From Raja brachyura (Eukaryota): 64,000 nucleotides of DNA. Each line of letters begins with the position of its first letter. Position 1 is the stretch's first letter. Location: assembly GCA_963514005.1 (NCBI GenBank), contig OY740814.1, forward strand, positions 6,696,001 to 6,760,000. The letters run 5' to 3'. A program made the position numbers and the translations under genes. A model generated the notes under the pieces. It saw only the letters and a program-made list of their open reading frames with translations. It ran no database searches and had not been told where the DNA came from. Below, piece by piece: positions 47,901 through 59,080 of the stretch.

Positions 47901-49317
47901 ATAAGAAGTCACTCATTTAAGACAAAGAGAAACAAACAAGTCAAGATTATTTAATAGTCATATGTACCAGCAACAGAACAATGACATTCTCCAGCTGCAG
48001 CTTTGTCTGCCCAACAGCACACAAAATATACAATACAATAAATAATCAGTAATTTTCAGTAACTAGACCATAATAGCTCAAAACCCAAATGCATAGCAGA
48101 TTACAGTTGCTGAGGTTAAAGTGTTGTGCAGTGTTCAAGAGTTGGGAAGAAGCTTTTTGAGTCAGGAGATCCCGTTTTTCGGGCTCTTATACATTTTTCC
48201 GAGAAGAGAGAGATGGATTTATGAATTCTTTACCTTAGTGCGCTGTGGTACAGTTAGTAAATATATTCAAGGTGAAAATTGGCCGACATTTAAATGATGA
48301 GTCGTGGATGTAGGAAAGAGCATAATGAGGCCAAGATTGGATCAACCACTTGAAAGGCAGGACTTTAATGCCTGAATTAACTTTATTGTGTTGAGCCTGA
48401 AAAGCTGCAGCTTCATTGGTCTGTTCCAGATAGATAAGACAATTAAACTCTCTAAGACTGGCTTCTTGTTTCAGTCTGAAGAAGGATCTTGATCTGAAAC
48501 GTCACCCATTCCTTCTCTCCAGAGATGCTGCCTGACCCGCTGAGGTACTCCAGCATTTTGTGTCTCCCTCCTGTTTCTTTTGTTCCGGCAAACAGACATG
48601 TGCTTCCAACATTTCTTCATTGGCTGCTTTGGGGGAGACTGAAAGGTATGTTATGGTTATTATTATCATGTGTACTGTGGTACAATGGAAACAACTTTGT
48701 TCTGTATGCTAACAAATCAGATAATATCATACATAAATACAATGAAGTACAACAGATATAGCCAAAGGGAAGTTACAGGGTGCAGAATGTAATTCTCAGC
48801 ATTATAATGTAAAAGGTGCAAAACAAATGCAAATCCTTTTATTCCTCCTCCCAATTAGTTTAACCTTTTGCCCCCTCAATCAGTGACTTTGCCCCATGCC
48901 AGCACAGCAAAAGGAAGGCCTTTGAGGAGAAGCATAATCATGTGTAGGAAGGAACTGCAGACAAAATGTGTAGGAAGGAACTGTAGATGCTGGTTTAAAC
49001 ACAAAAAACTCAAGTAATTCTTCGGCTCAGGCAGCATCTCTGGAGAAAAGGAATAGGTCATGTTTCGGGTTGAGACTCAGTCTGAAGGGTCACGACCTGA
49101 AATGTCACCAATTTCTTTTCCATAGAGATTTTGTCTGACCTGTTGAGTTACTCCAGCATAATCATGTATTGTCTTTCCGCTGACTGGATAGCATGTACAA
49201 AAGCTTTTCACTCTACCTCGGTACATGTGAGAGTAAACTAAATTAAATAAATAAAGCTCCGCATAAACTCTGAACTACATAGATTTGGGGGCATTGGTTT
49301 TGTCTTTTTGCACTGTT

Positions 49318-49460
49318 NNNNNNNNNNNNNNNNNNNNNNNNNNNNNNNNNNNNNNNNNNNNNNNNNNNNNNNNNNNNNNNNNNNNNNNNNNNNNNNNNNN
49401 NNNNNNNNNNNNNNNNNNNNNNNNNNNNNNNNNNNNNNNNNNNNNNNNNNNNNNNNNNNN
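49318..49460. other. Assembly gap (143 N)
   Basis: Run of N. Confidence 1.
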
Positions 49461-49710
49461 GTAACTCAGCGGGTGAGGCAGCATCTGTGGAGAGAAGGAA
49501 TGGGCGAAGTTTCAGGTCGAGACCTTTCTTCAGACTGATGTCAGGGGAGGGGGCGAGACAAAGATAGAATGTAGTCGGAGACGGTAAGACTAGTGGGAGA
49601 ACTGGGAAGAGGAAGGGGATGGAGAGAGAAAGCAAGGGCTATCTGAAGTTCAGATAGCTTTTCAGATAAAAATAGGCCTTGGTTATCCCTCCCGTGATAT
49701 CAGGCTGAAG

Positions 49711-50677
49711 CAAAGATCCTATAGCGAGCAAGATAGTCCACTCCTGCTAAATCCAATGGGCTGACGTGTAGTGTGCAACGCAGTGGAACGTCGGCCTTTT
49801 CTTCGGCCATTTCAGTAACCCGACTTTGTATATCCCTCTCGCAGTGTAATCAGCATTGCGGGGGAACAGTTTGTGTGTGTGATATAAGGTTAAATTCATA
49901 ATTCTGTTAATTCATAATTCTGTTAAATTTTGTTAAAGATTAATATGTTAACAAATTATGATTCTGTTTATTGTATTTTTCAATATGAACATTCCAGTTG
50001 CTCTACTCTTGGAATGTTCCTTAATGATTTTTTGTGTCTATGGAATTGTTTGTCAACAATAAAATGGGTCTGGTCTTCCCAATAGCCAGAGAGTGGAATG
50101 ATGTAATGGTGGGGTTATCTAAATGAAGTAATTAACAAAATAAAAATTGTTTTGAGCTAGATTAAAAAATGATGTATACCTTAAGGATGGTTTTATTCAG
50201 CGAGCATACAACTGATTAGATTGTGTAGGAAAGAACACACATACACACATATATGAATGTGATATAGATGTATATAATCATATAACACACATATATATAT
50301 TTCTCCAGATTTTTATATATAATGATAAACTTTATTTCAGACACAAGGCCCAGACAAGGGACAACATTACATAAAAATACATTGCAAACCTCCCCGCAAC
50401 TTTACCTTGGCATCCCAGCCGTGCTGATCCGGGCCAGACTTTCCACACGCTGTGGATGGAACATACGCATCTTTCTGCTTTTTATTGTGAGGCAGAGGCA
50501 GAAAGAAAATGAGGAGAAGATTTTTACCAAAGATCTTTGATTTTTACGAGGATGTTTCCGTAAACGGTTTCCTTCTCCGCACTAGTTCTCCGCACTGAAG
50601 ATTGCCCATGACTCTGCCCATGGCGGTACTACGTATTTTTCGTCGAGTGGACTATCTTGCTCGCTACAGGATCTTTG
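49711..50677. mobile_element. Non-autonomous TIR transposon with 8-bp TSD, probably P-element superfamily
   Basis: 33-bp TIRs CAAAGATCCT(A/G)TAGCGAGCAAGATAGTCCACTC (one mismatch); TSD G(G/T)CTGAAG; splits a PLE repeat; no transposase ORF. Confidence 0.8.
50520..50547. mobile_element. 12-bp remnant CAAAGATCTTTG between perfect 8-bp TSDs
   Basis: ATTTTTAC-CAAAGATCTTTG-ATTTTTAC. Confidence 0.75.
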
Positions 50678-50842
50678 GTCTGAAGAAGGGTCTCGACCTG
50701 AAACGTCAGCCATTCCTTCTCTTCAGAGATGCTGCCTCATCCACTGAGTTACTCTAGCATTTTGTGTCTACCTTTGATTTAAACCAGCATCTGCAGTTCT
50801 TTCTTACACTGTTTGTGTGTGTGTGTGTGTACATGTATATAT

Positions 50843-51616
50843 GAGGTATGTTACAAAACGTACCTTTAGTGGTGCTGCAGTTCTGCCACTGGCCATGTGC
50901 GCGACTTTGGCGCCTTTGGGGGGGGGGGGGGTGGGGTTAAAATGCGGTTTTCCCCTTGCCATCCGGAGCTTTCTGTTGTCGGAGTGCGATCTATTTCTGG
51001 AGATGTGTTCTGGCTGTCAGTAAGTCCGTTTTTAAAAAATAAAAAGCCTGACTACTTCATCACTGCAGTAAAATAAAAATTAGCTCCTAATGCCGTGAAC
51101 GCCGACAACGGGGACAGATTTTAATTAGGGGCCAGGTAAGTGAAAGCTGTTTATATTTACATATTACATACTTGCTTTTTTAGGGGACTTTAATCAATAT
51201 TTCATGTTGCGAAATGGTGATTTAGTCCCCATACGAACCAGCAGAATTTTTTCTGCCGATATTGGGTTTAAATTCAACGCAATCGCAATGTTCCAATACA
51301 TCGCGTTCCAGAAAATCTATAATAACTGAAAATTTCTTTCAGTTCTCTTAATTTTTAAGGAAGTTATGGGCTTTTGACTGTCCTCGATCACAACTTTTGT
51401 GTTAAGTCAATAGAAAAGCAATAGGAAGCAAGATGCTAATTTCCGAGTATGAAAATGGCCCTAACGTTTTTAATACTGAAGATATGAAAGTGAATTAGGT
51501 GTCAAATTAAACTTATTTTTATGCTTTATCTGATGGGATAAATTGCAGACTTGATTTTTAAAATCTCAAAATTGTGTAACATTGCTATATATATGCAACA
51601 TTTTGTAACATAGCTA
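50843..51616. mobile_element. Unclassified non-autonomous DNA transposon in a TA/TG microsatellite
   Basis: Left end GAGGTATGTTACAAAA; right ends TTGTGTAACATTGCTA (ends 51587) and TTTTGTAACATAGCTA (51601-51616). Confidence 0.6.
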
Positions 51617-51764
51617 CATACTATGTTCTCTGGTCCTCGATTCACTGAATCTGGGCAAGAGACTCTAACCGATCTATTCCTCTCATGATTTTCTGCACCT
51701 CTATATGATCATGTTTACGTTTAGTACGTTTACATATTCTGTTGTGCTGCTGCAAGTAAGAATT

Positions 51765-51899
51765 GTAACCGTCTGAAGAAGGGTTTCGGCCCGAAACGTC
51801 GCCTATCTCCTTCGCTCCATAGATGCTGCTGCACCCGCTGAGTTTCTCCAGCATTTTGTGTACCCGCGATTTTCCAGCATCTGCAGTTCCTTCTTTAAC
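51765..51899 (+). repeat. PLE terminal repeat with hammerhead-like core and TSD
   Basis: CTGAAGA-A-GGGTTTCGGCCC-GAAAC-GTC, flanked by AGTAAGAATT inside a Rex-type tail. Confidence 0.8.
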
Positions 51900-52003
51900 A
51901 GTAAGAATTTAATTGTTCTGTCTGGGACATATGACAATAAAACACTGTTGACTATTGACTAAACTTTATCCACGTTACACCAGGCGAGCGGCGTCCGGGC
52001 CCG

Positions 52004-52017
52004 GTCTCCATGGCAAC
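52004..52017. promoter_or_regulatory. RFX X-box
   Basis: GTCTCCATGGCAAC matches the GTYNCCATGGCAAC consensus. Confidence 0.65.
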
Positions 52018-52044
52018 GAGGGCCAGCCGTCAGAAGAAGAGGAG

Positions 52045-52352
52045 GAGGAAGGTCGGCGGGGACGCGGTGACGTCAGTAGAGGGGGGAGGAGGAGGGCGGA
52101 GGGGACGCGGTGACGTCAGTAGAGGGGGAGGAGGAGGGCGGCGGGGACGCGGTGACGTCAGTAGAGGGGGAGGAGGAGGGTCGGCGGGGACGCGGTGACG
52201 TCAGTAGAGGGGGAGGAGGAGGGTCGGCGGGGACGCGGTGACGTCAGTAGAGGGGGAGGAGGAGGGTCGGCGGGGACGTGGTGACGTCAGTAGAGGGGGA
52301 GGAGATGGGGACGCGGTGACGTCAGTAGAGGGGGAGGGGCGTGGTGACGTGA
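52045..52352. repeat. 42-43 bp minisatellite with seven perfect CRE sites (TGACGTCA)
   Basis: CRE at 52068, 52111, 52153, 52196, 52239, 52282 and 52317; variant TGACGTGA at 52345. Confidence 0.95.
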
Positions 52353-52761
52353 GGGCGGCGGGGCGGGCAGGCGGGCGGGGGATGGGGGGCGGGGAGGAGG
52401 AGGAGGAGGAGAGCTCTGTGTTTTGACAACATGGATGCGGCGGCGGAGTGGTGACCAGAGGTCGGCACGGACCGGTCAGTCGGACGGACACGGGGACCGC
52501 GCTGTCATACCGCCCCCTTCCTCTCTCTCTCCCCGCAATAAACTCGGCTGCTTGTGGACTTTATCCGCGGGATCATCCCTCACGATGACGCCCGGGCCGT
52601 GAGGCGGTGGGCCCGCCAGTCGCCCACTGGGGAGGGAGGAGGGGTGAGAGAGGGGGGCTCGTCAGTTCACACCTCGCCCTCCTCACTCCTGCGCCTCCTC
52701 CACTCATTCCCTCCCGTCCCGAGTCGGGCGACGGCCCAGAGACCGGCTGCCACCGCCGACC

Positions 52762-52777
52762 ATGAAGTCAGACCGCG
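52762..52777 (+). CDS. Probable first coding exon segment (MKSDR, phase 1) of an unidentified gene
   Basis: CCGCCGACCATG Kozak-like context, then GCG|GTAAGC donor at the 3' edge of the CpG island. Confidence 0.4.
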
Positions 52778-54339
52778 GTAAGCAGCATTTCCCTCACCTA
52801 TTTATTTATTCCATCCACAAAATTATTCCAAACTTCTCACTGGGTGGCGGGCTGAGAGATGTAAACTGCTCACTGGGTTTTAAATGCGCCTGTATTTGAT
52901 GTAAAGTTTGTAATCAAGAGGGGAGGAATTACAAGGAAATGTTGTTTATTTCGCAAAATAAACTTTTTATTACGATTATAAAACAAAACATCCGTGCAAA
53001 AACTTCTCATACATTCAATACTGTCAATGCATTCAAGTGTGTCATTCAATAGTTTTAGTAATATGTGGCCATCAGAAGTTCAGGAAGGAATTGGTATGAA
53101 TGGAAAGCAAACTTCTCCAGCTTGTTTTTTTAGTTATTCAGTGTTTGGTCACTCAAAATAACTGTGATGTATATTGGCGACGTGTCAGGCAGTCTGGTGG
53201 ACTGTCATCAGCAGTGATCGCCTGTGTTGAATAAAAGTAAACCAGTTTAAAAAGCACTCTCTTGTTGGTTTATGAACTATATATTGAAGTAAGCCATAGT
53301 TTCCCCGTTCTTACATCATCACTGACTGCCTGCACTAACAGGCTCCCTTTAACTCGAAGTATTGCCTGTGCAAAGTTTTCATCGTTTATTGTGTCCCACC
53401 CAATTTCCTTTCGTATCAACAGGATTTACAGAAGTGACGATTCACTCTTTCGCTTTAAAGGTCCCTGTGTCAATAGTTTTAGATTTCAGTTCCAACTGAG
53501 TACACCACTCTAATGCCATTTGTTGGCAAAAGTACAGCTAATATCAACTGGGAACATTGAATTTCTAAAGGAAGTGAAGGAATTTTTTTTAAAAACCCCG
53601 TCAAGTGAAATAAAATTTATCTTAATTATATACTTTACATCAAAGGCATGTTTTTTTTTCACCTCAGACCTCAACTATCTGTGACAATTTATTCAAAAGT
53701 GATTCTCACTGAGAGCAGACACAGGTGCAGAGCACTCTGCACAGCAATTTTCACTGATTGCCAAAGTGTGGATTATAATTTTTATCAGAGAAGGAGTTGA
53801 GAGTCTCAGTTACAACAAGATCTAAAAATTATGTGGAGTTCACATCCAACGAGTTAAAATTCTGGGGAAATTGGATTGAACAAAGGATGCTTCTTTGTTA
53901 ACGGTAAAGAACGTTACAGCACTTGGCAGGATTACTGTAAAGAATGGGAAATTTCCTGGAGTATTTTTTGAATAGTGTAATCCTTATGACTACAAAACCT
54001 GCATTATGTGAATACTACCTGATGTTACTGGATTATATTTATCTGAAATACTGCCCTGCATTAGTCCTTTAAGCTGATTCTTGGAATAGTTAGGAATAAG
54101 CTTTAATGTTATTACGGATCTAAAAAAGGAAATCGCAATATATCGTGGTTAGGTATGGTTGGATTTTACTGACTGAAATATTGAAACTGGTTTTTAATAA
54201 TCATATTTTTTGAGTAAGGATCATATCAGAGAAAAATAAATGTAAAGCCGTAGGGAATGGTTTACTAATATAATTAATTTGCTCACTCTTACAAAGATTC
54301 AATTTGATGGAATGAATTTCTGCCTTCTATTCTTTTCCA

Positions 54340-54750
54340 ACTGTACAGTGCCACAGATACTGGAGTTGCTGCCTCGCAGTACCAGAGACCCAGGTTTGAT
54401 CCAGACCTAGGGTTTTATCATTGTGGAATTTGCACATTCTCCCTGTGACCATGAGACTTTTCTCTGGGTGCTCCAGTTTCCTCCCACATCTCAAAGGCAT
54501 GTGGGTTTGTAGGTTAACTGGCCTCTGTAAATTGCTTGAACACAAAGCTGGATTAACTCGGAGGGGCAGGCAGCATCTCTGGGGAGAAGGGATGGGTGAC
54601 TTTTTGGGTGGAAACCCTTCTTCAGACTAAATTGCTTTCTAGCGTGTAGTCAACGGATGAGAAGGTAGGATAACATAGAACCAGTACAAATGGGTGATCA
54701 ATGGTTGGCGTGGACTCGATGGGCTGAAGCACCTGTTTCCATGCTGTGTC
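54340..54750 (+). mobile_element. HE1-like SINE interrupted by a PLE repeat with TSD TAAATTGCTT
   Basis: SINE head, V domain and tail; insertion at about 54538-54627. Confidence 0.8.
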
Positions 54751-55145
54751 TTTATATTTTTAAAAAAAGTTACGTGATTCTATTTGAAAAGATGGACAGG
54801 AACCTTGCTCCCCAAGGCTGCTCCCCCTGAAACACATGCATTTCTTGCCCTTTAACAGTCGTTCTTACTATAGTTGCCACCACCTGTGACCGCTTCCCAT
54901 ATATTTGAACAGCTGACTTTTGGCCTGACTATTTGTATTTATAGAGACAACGTCAGTTGTTTGAGTAAGGGTCCAGGATTTGAAGTGTCAGCAGGCATAT
55001 GTTGGAAGAGTGAATGGGTTAGGAAGTGTTGAATGTTTGCAATGCTCCAATATATATAACTAGGATTTTGGAGTCTGTGGTGAACAAACATTCTGCTGCA
55101 ACTTGCCCACAGACTTTTCATGGGCTATAAGTAATTATCGGACAA

Positions 55146-55163
55146 CACTGCGCCCTCTGCAGG
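55146..55163 (-). promoter_or_regulatory. Candidate CTCF site
   Basis: Minus strand CCTGCAGAGGGCGCAGTG closely matches the CTCF core. Confidence 0.45.
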
Positions 55164-56264
55164 AGATCTGGGACAGTGACTGAACAAAAGTTGTTATTTC
55201 AACCAATTCAGTTGAGAAATCATCACTGTGCCCTCTTTAAACAAGGAAGTATAAATTACAATATCAATGCTAAATCATCCAGATACAGAATAAAATGATA
55301 AAAAGATGAGAATAGAAAAGAAAATCATATTTTTCACCAATAATAATTCAAATGATTGAATCTGATTCTTTGAGTGTAAACATATTGTTTGACAATAATT
55401 ATAACATACAATGCCATATACAGTCATCCTGCACAAGTGCGCAAGTCTAGCTTTTACTGGAATTCGTATTACCTAGTAAGCAAATATAATTTTGCAATCT
55501 ATGGGACTGATCGCCTGAAGCATGTGGCGGAACATACAGGTCACACAAGGTGCAGATGCTGGAGTATCATAGCAGGTTTGACCTGCTGGATTACTCCAGC
55601 AGCATATTTTGTTTTAGGTCAGGCAATAAGTTTGGTTGTTCTGCGTTGAAGCGTGCATGCAGTTACTATAGGATCAACTCCATAATTAAATTAAGTGCTG
55701 AAAGCCAAGAGTTATTCCTGTGATAAATTTGGGGTCTTTATCTCCTTGCAGATAGCAAACTAATAGTATCATTTGTAGACATCAAAGAAAATTTACTGTG
55801 ACATTAGAGTAGAGATTCCTTTCTATGATTGGAGATGTGGTAAAGGAGATATTTAACTACTGCGGAATAATTCTTTTGCAATAGATTTACTAATCTTCCA
55901 AACATAATGAGTTAACTTGAATTTATCTTTAGCCAAGTCTTCTGTTGATAGTTGATGATATTCACCATTCAATTTGTCTCTAATTTCAGTGCCTGACATG
56001 AAAATATGGAAGTCAAAGATGAGCTGGAGGCCAGACTTTACATAAGTTTCATGTTTTTATTCTTAAACTAGACTAAGTTGGGTCCCTAGTTCACACGGGA
56101 GGGCCGGTCCCCCAACGCAATATTCCAGCTCTCCACCAATTCCAATATTGCCGGCCAGTGGAGGGGGAGGGGGGTGCTTTCCGGAGCACTAACATGGGTG
56201 TTGTGGGCCAAAGGGACTGGTTTCCAGAGGGCTAGTATGGACAATGTGGGCTGAATGGATTCTT

Positions 56265-56372
56265 GGGCTGGCAGCTCAGTCACTCAGGCCTGGTGGGCTG
56301 GCAGCTCAGTCACTCAGGCCTGGTGTGCTGGCAGCTTAGTCACTCGGGCCTGGTGGGCTGGTAGCTGGTCAC
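56265..56372. repeat. 30-bp tandem repeat, about 3.5 copies
   Basis: GGGCTGGCAGCTCAGTCACTCAGGCCTGGT units. Confidence 0.9.
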
Positions 56373-56809
56373 TGCCAGAAATTCTGTCCAAAACAGGTGC
56401 AAGACTCTGTGAGTGAGAAGGGGGAGAGGGTGGAGAATCAATTTTAGAAATTTTTCATCTTTTTTAGCAGATTACAGCAATAAAGGAGGAAAGTCTATCC
56501 TGGCCTGGATCGCACAGGGAGCAAATGAAGGGATGGAGAAAAATACTGGGGTGAGGTTTAATACTTGCAGGGGGAATACTTACTGATGGGCCGAAGGGAC
56601 TCCTGGGCTAGTACAGCCCTGATGGGCTAAAGGGCTCTTTAAAAAAAATAAAGTGAGATCTCAGTGAAATGCACTTTTTCTGGACTTTCCCTGGCCTGGC
56701 ACAGGCCTTTTGGGCAAAAATGCTTATCGTGGGCTAATACGGGCATTTTGGTCAAAAGGGACTGGTTTCTCGGCTAATAGGGGCCTTGTGGGCCAAAATT
56801 AGTGGTTTC

Positions 56810-57232
56810 AGGCAGGCCAAACAAGTCATTTCATTTCCAATTGCATTGCAGTTTCAAGCACAGGGCAGGCTGAATACCTCATTGCGTTTTCATTTCACTT
56901 CCATTGCCATTGCACTTTCAAGCATAGGGCAGGCCACGCCAAACAGCTGATTGTATGTTTTACTTCATTTCCATTGACATTGCACTCTCAAGCACAGAGC
57001 AGGCTCAAGCCAAACAGCTGAGTGCATTTTCACTTCATTTCCATTGCCATTGCACTTTCAAGCACAGGGCAGGCCCAAGCCAAACAGCTGATTGCATTTT
57101 CACTTCATTTCCATTGCCATTGCAGTTTCAAGCACAGGGCAGGCCCAAGCCAAACAGCTGATTGCATTTTCACTTCACTTCCATTGCCATTGCACTTTCA
57201 AGCACAGGGCAGGCCAAACAACTCATTTCATT
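56810..57232. repeat. 70-bp tandem repeat, about 6 copies
   Basis: CAGGC unit starts at 56930, 57000, 57070, 57140 and 57210; more degenerate units upstream. Confidence 0.92.
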
Positions 57233-59080
57233 TTTATTAAGGGCTAACAAATCATTTATTCAAGTACATTGCATACTCACATTGTTGTGTAGTTTCCCAG
57301 CTCAGACAGTCGTGACCTCTCCCTCGCCATCTTGCAGACAGACTGAGCCACGCCCACACTTCCGGGGTTTTATAGTCCCTCCCACCAGAAGGGGCGTGGC
57401 CATCATGGCGGTGATTGACAGGAGAGAGAATCTCAAGATTTTTTAAACACTAAAGTTTTTTATTTTTCATCGATGGGAAAAATCCTTGGGGCCTGCGCAG
57501 CGGAGGAGGACTCTGAGTAAGATGGCCAAAAAAATCACAGTCATATGTGGTAGCGTTTTTTCTAAAATCAAAGCACAGTGCAAACAGGAAGTGGTTAAGA
57601 TGAGACTTTTAATTATATATATATATATTCCCCAGATATCACATTGTACTGGAAGACCAACAAGTTTAGGGCAGACCAGAGTGCATTTTTCAGTGAGTTA
57701 ATGATCTTGCAGCTGAACTAGACATTCGTCTTGGTGTGAATCTCTGGGATCATCCCAAAACTCAGTCCTTTGTTACACAGCTGCTTGGAATGAACTTCGA
57801 CAAGGATGCTTGTGTCCTTTCTTTGCAAAGCTACAGTCCATTAAGAAATGGGAAAACATCTCATCCTCATCACAAGCATCTCTAGGGCAACGTGCAATGG
57901 GAATGATCTGACAGTGAGGACTTTCTCACAGTCAACCAAGCAAGGTGCTTGTACTGGTGATGAGGCATTTTGGTATCTGCTTGGGAAACCCTACACAGAT
58001 TTTATTGTTCTTCAAAGCTTGCAGGACCCTCCACACTGGCTACTGTGCCTGATAGTGTTGTGGTCAAAGATGTTTTCCTGAAAACTTTGCCATGAAAGCC
58101 AGCTAGTGTCGCAAGGTCCACTGAATGAAACATTGCACGGCGACGAGGCCAGGCCCATCCGTTGCAGCACAGGGGATGTAATGATGCACTGTTTGACACT
58201 AAGCACAAAATGATGCAACCTCACACAAAGATGGCTAACGGGGACAAAGGCAGTGGTGGGCACATTTCCTCTCATTATCTGCAGACTTGTGTGTTGTGAC
58301 CTATTGGTCATCTTAGATCTCCGCATGAAATCGAAGATGGTTTGGATGACTAACACAGAGGATCAGCATATTGGTCCCACCTGTACCAAGAGCACCTCAC
58401 ACCGTCAAAGGGAGAAAGTTGTAGCAGCTAAGAAGATGGTGGAAGGGAAAAATTGAGAGCATAGTGGGGAACTAAAGACATGGAAAACATTTTCATTTTT
58501 TTAAAAAGAAAAACAGGAAGGGTGGTGGCGAGCAGAGGGGAGCAGAGTTGGGAACTTCAGCAGACAGAAATGTTGGTAGTTTCTTCGGGTTTTTTTTAGA
58601 AAATTGAGCAGGAGCTTGTAAGATTCAAGAGTCTGTGGTTTGTAGAGTACCTTTACATAACTCAGTTAACAACCAACCTTTAATGTTTACTTTTTAAATA
58701 AAGAGATACCTTTTAAAAAAACACTTTCAGACGTGTACCGTATGTGAAACTTCACTCCTGCTGATCCCAGTCTGTGTCTAATTGAGATGGGGGGTTTTTC
58801 CAGGTGCTACCCTTTAATTTTGTACTTTTAGTAATTTTTACTTTGTGGAATATAACCATATTAAAATATATTTTTAAATATATCAAAATATTTTACATGA
58901 CGCTGCATTAAGGTTTAATCTACAGAGTTATGCCTTGTATTCATTCACATGGAGTTTAGTGCAGTTTTATAGGAGGACTGCACTTGTTTTGGAAAAAAAT
59001 TGAAAGGTGGGGCACTGTACAGACTGCCTCTGGCCTAGAGAAGTATGGTAATGCCATGATTCGATCATGTACCTGATATA

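Larger units (their letters stand above)
51975..52790. promoter_or_regulatory. CpG-island promoter
   Basis: Sharp GC/CpG rise outside any recognised TE; contains an X-box, a CRE array, GC boxes and a downstream splice donor. Confidence 0.85.
56068..57627 (-). mobile_element. Non-autonomous Helitron with internal minisatellites
   Basis: 3' ...GGGACCCAACTTAGTCTAG|T (hairpin half-deleted); 5' TATATAATTAAAAGTC start (canonical TC not visible); no TSD. Confidence 0.7.

Noticed and set aside
49243-49635. ORFs of 69-130 aa
   Set aside because: They span the N gap and PLE repeat sequence.
49711-50677. hAT classification from the 8-bp TSD
   Set aside because: Not excluded but disfavoured: CAAAG termini and TIR-retaining remnants fit P-type cleavage better.
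52045-52352. CRISPR-like periodic repeat
   Set aside because: Whole units repeat with no unique spacers, there are no cas genes and the context is vertebrate; it is a minisatellite.
52010-52491. Gly/Arg-rich and Pro-rich ORFs
   Set aside because: By-products of the stop-poor GC-rich minisatellite.
56810-57232. CRISPR-like 70-bp periodicity and ORFs 56955-57446
   Set aside because: A pure tandem repeat inside a Helitron; the ORFs are translations of the repeat.
57700-58460. Coding-like stretch with several short ORFs
   Set aside because: No recognisable motif or clean splice boundaries; possibly a decayed TE, but I cannot support a call.
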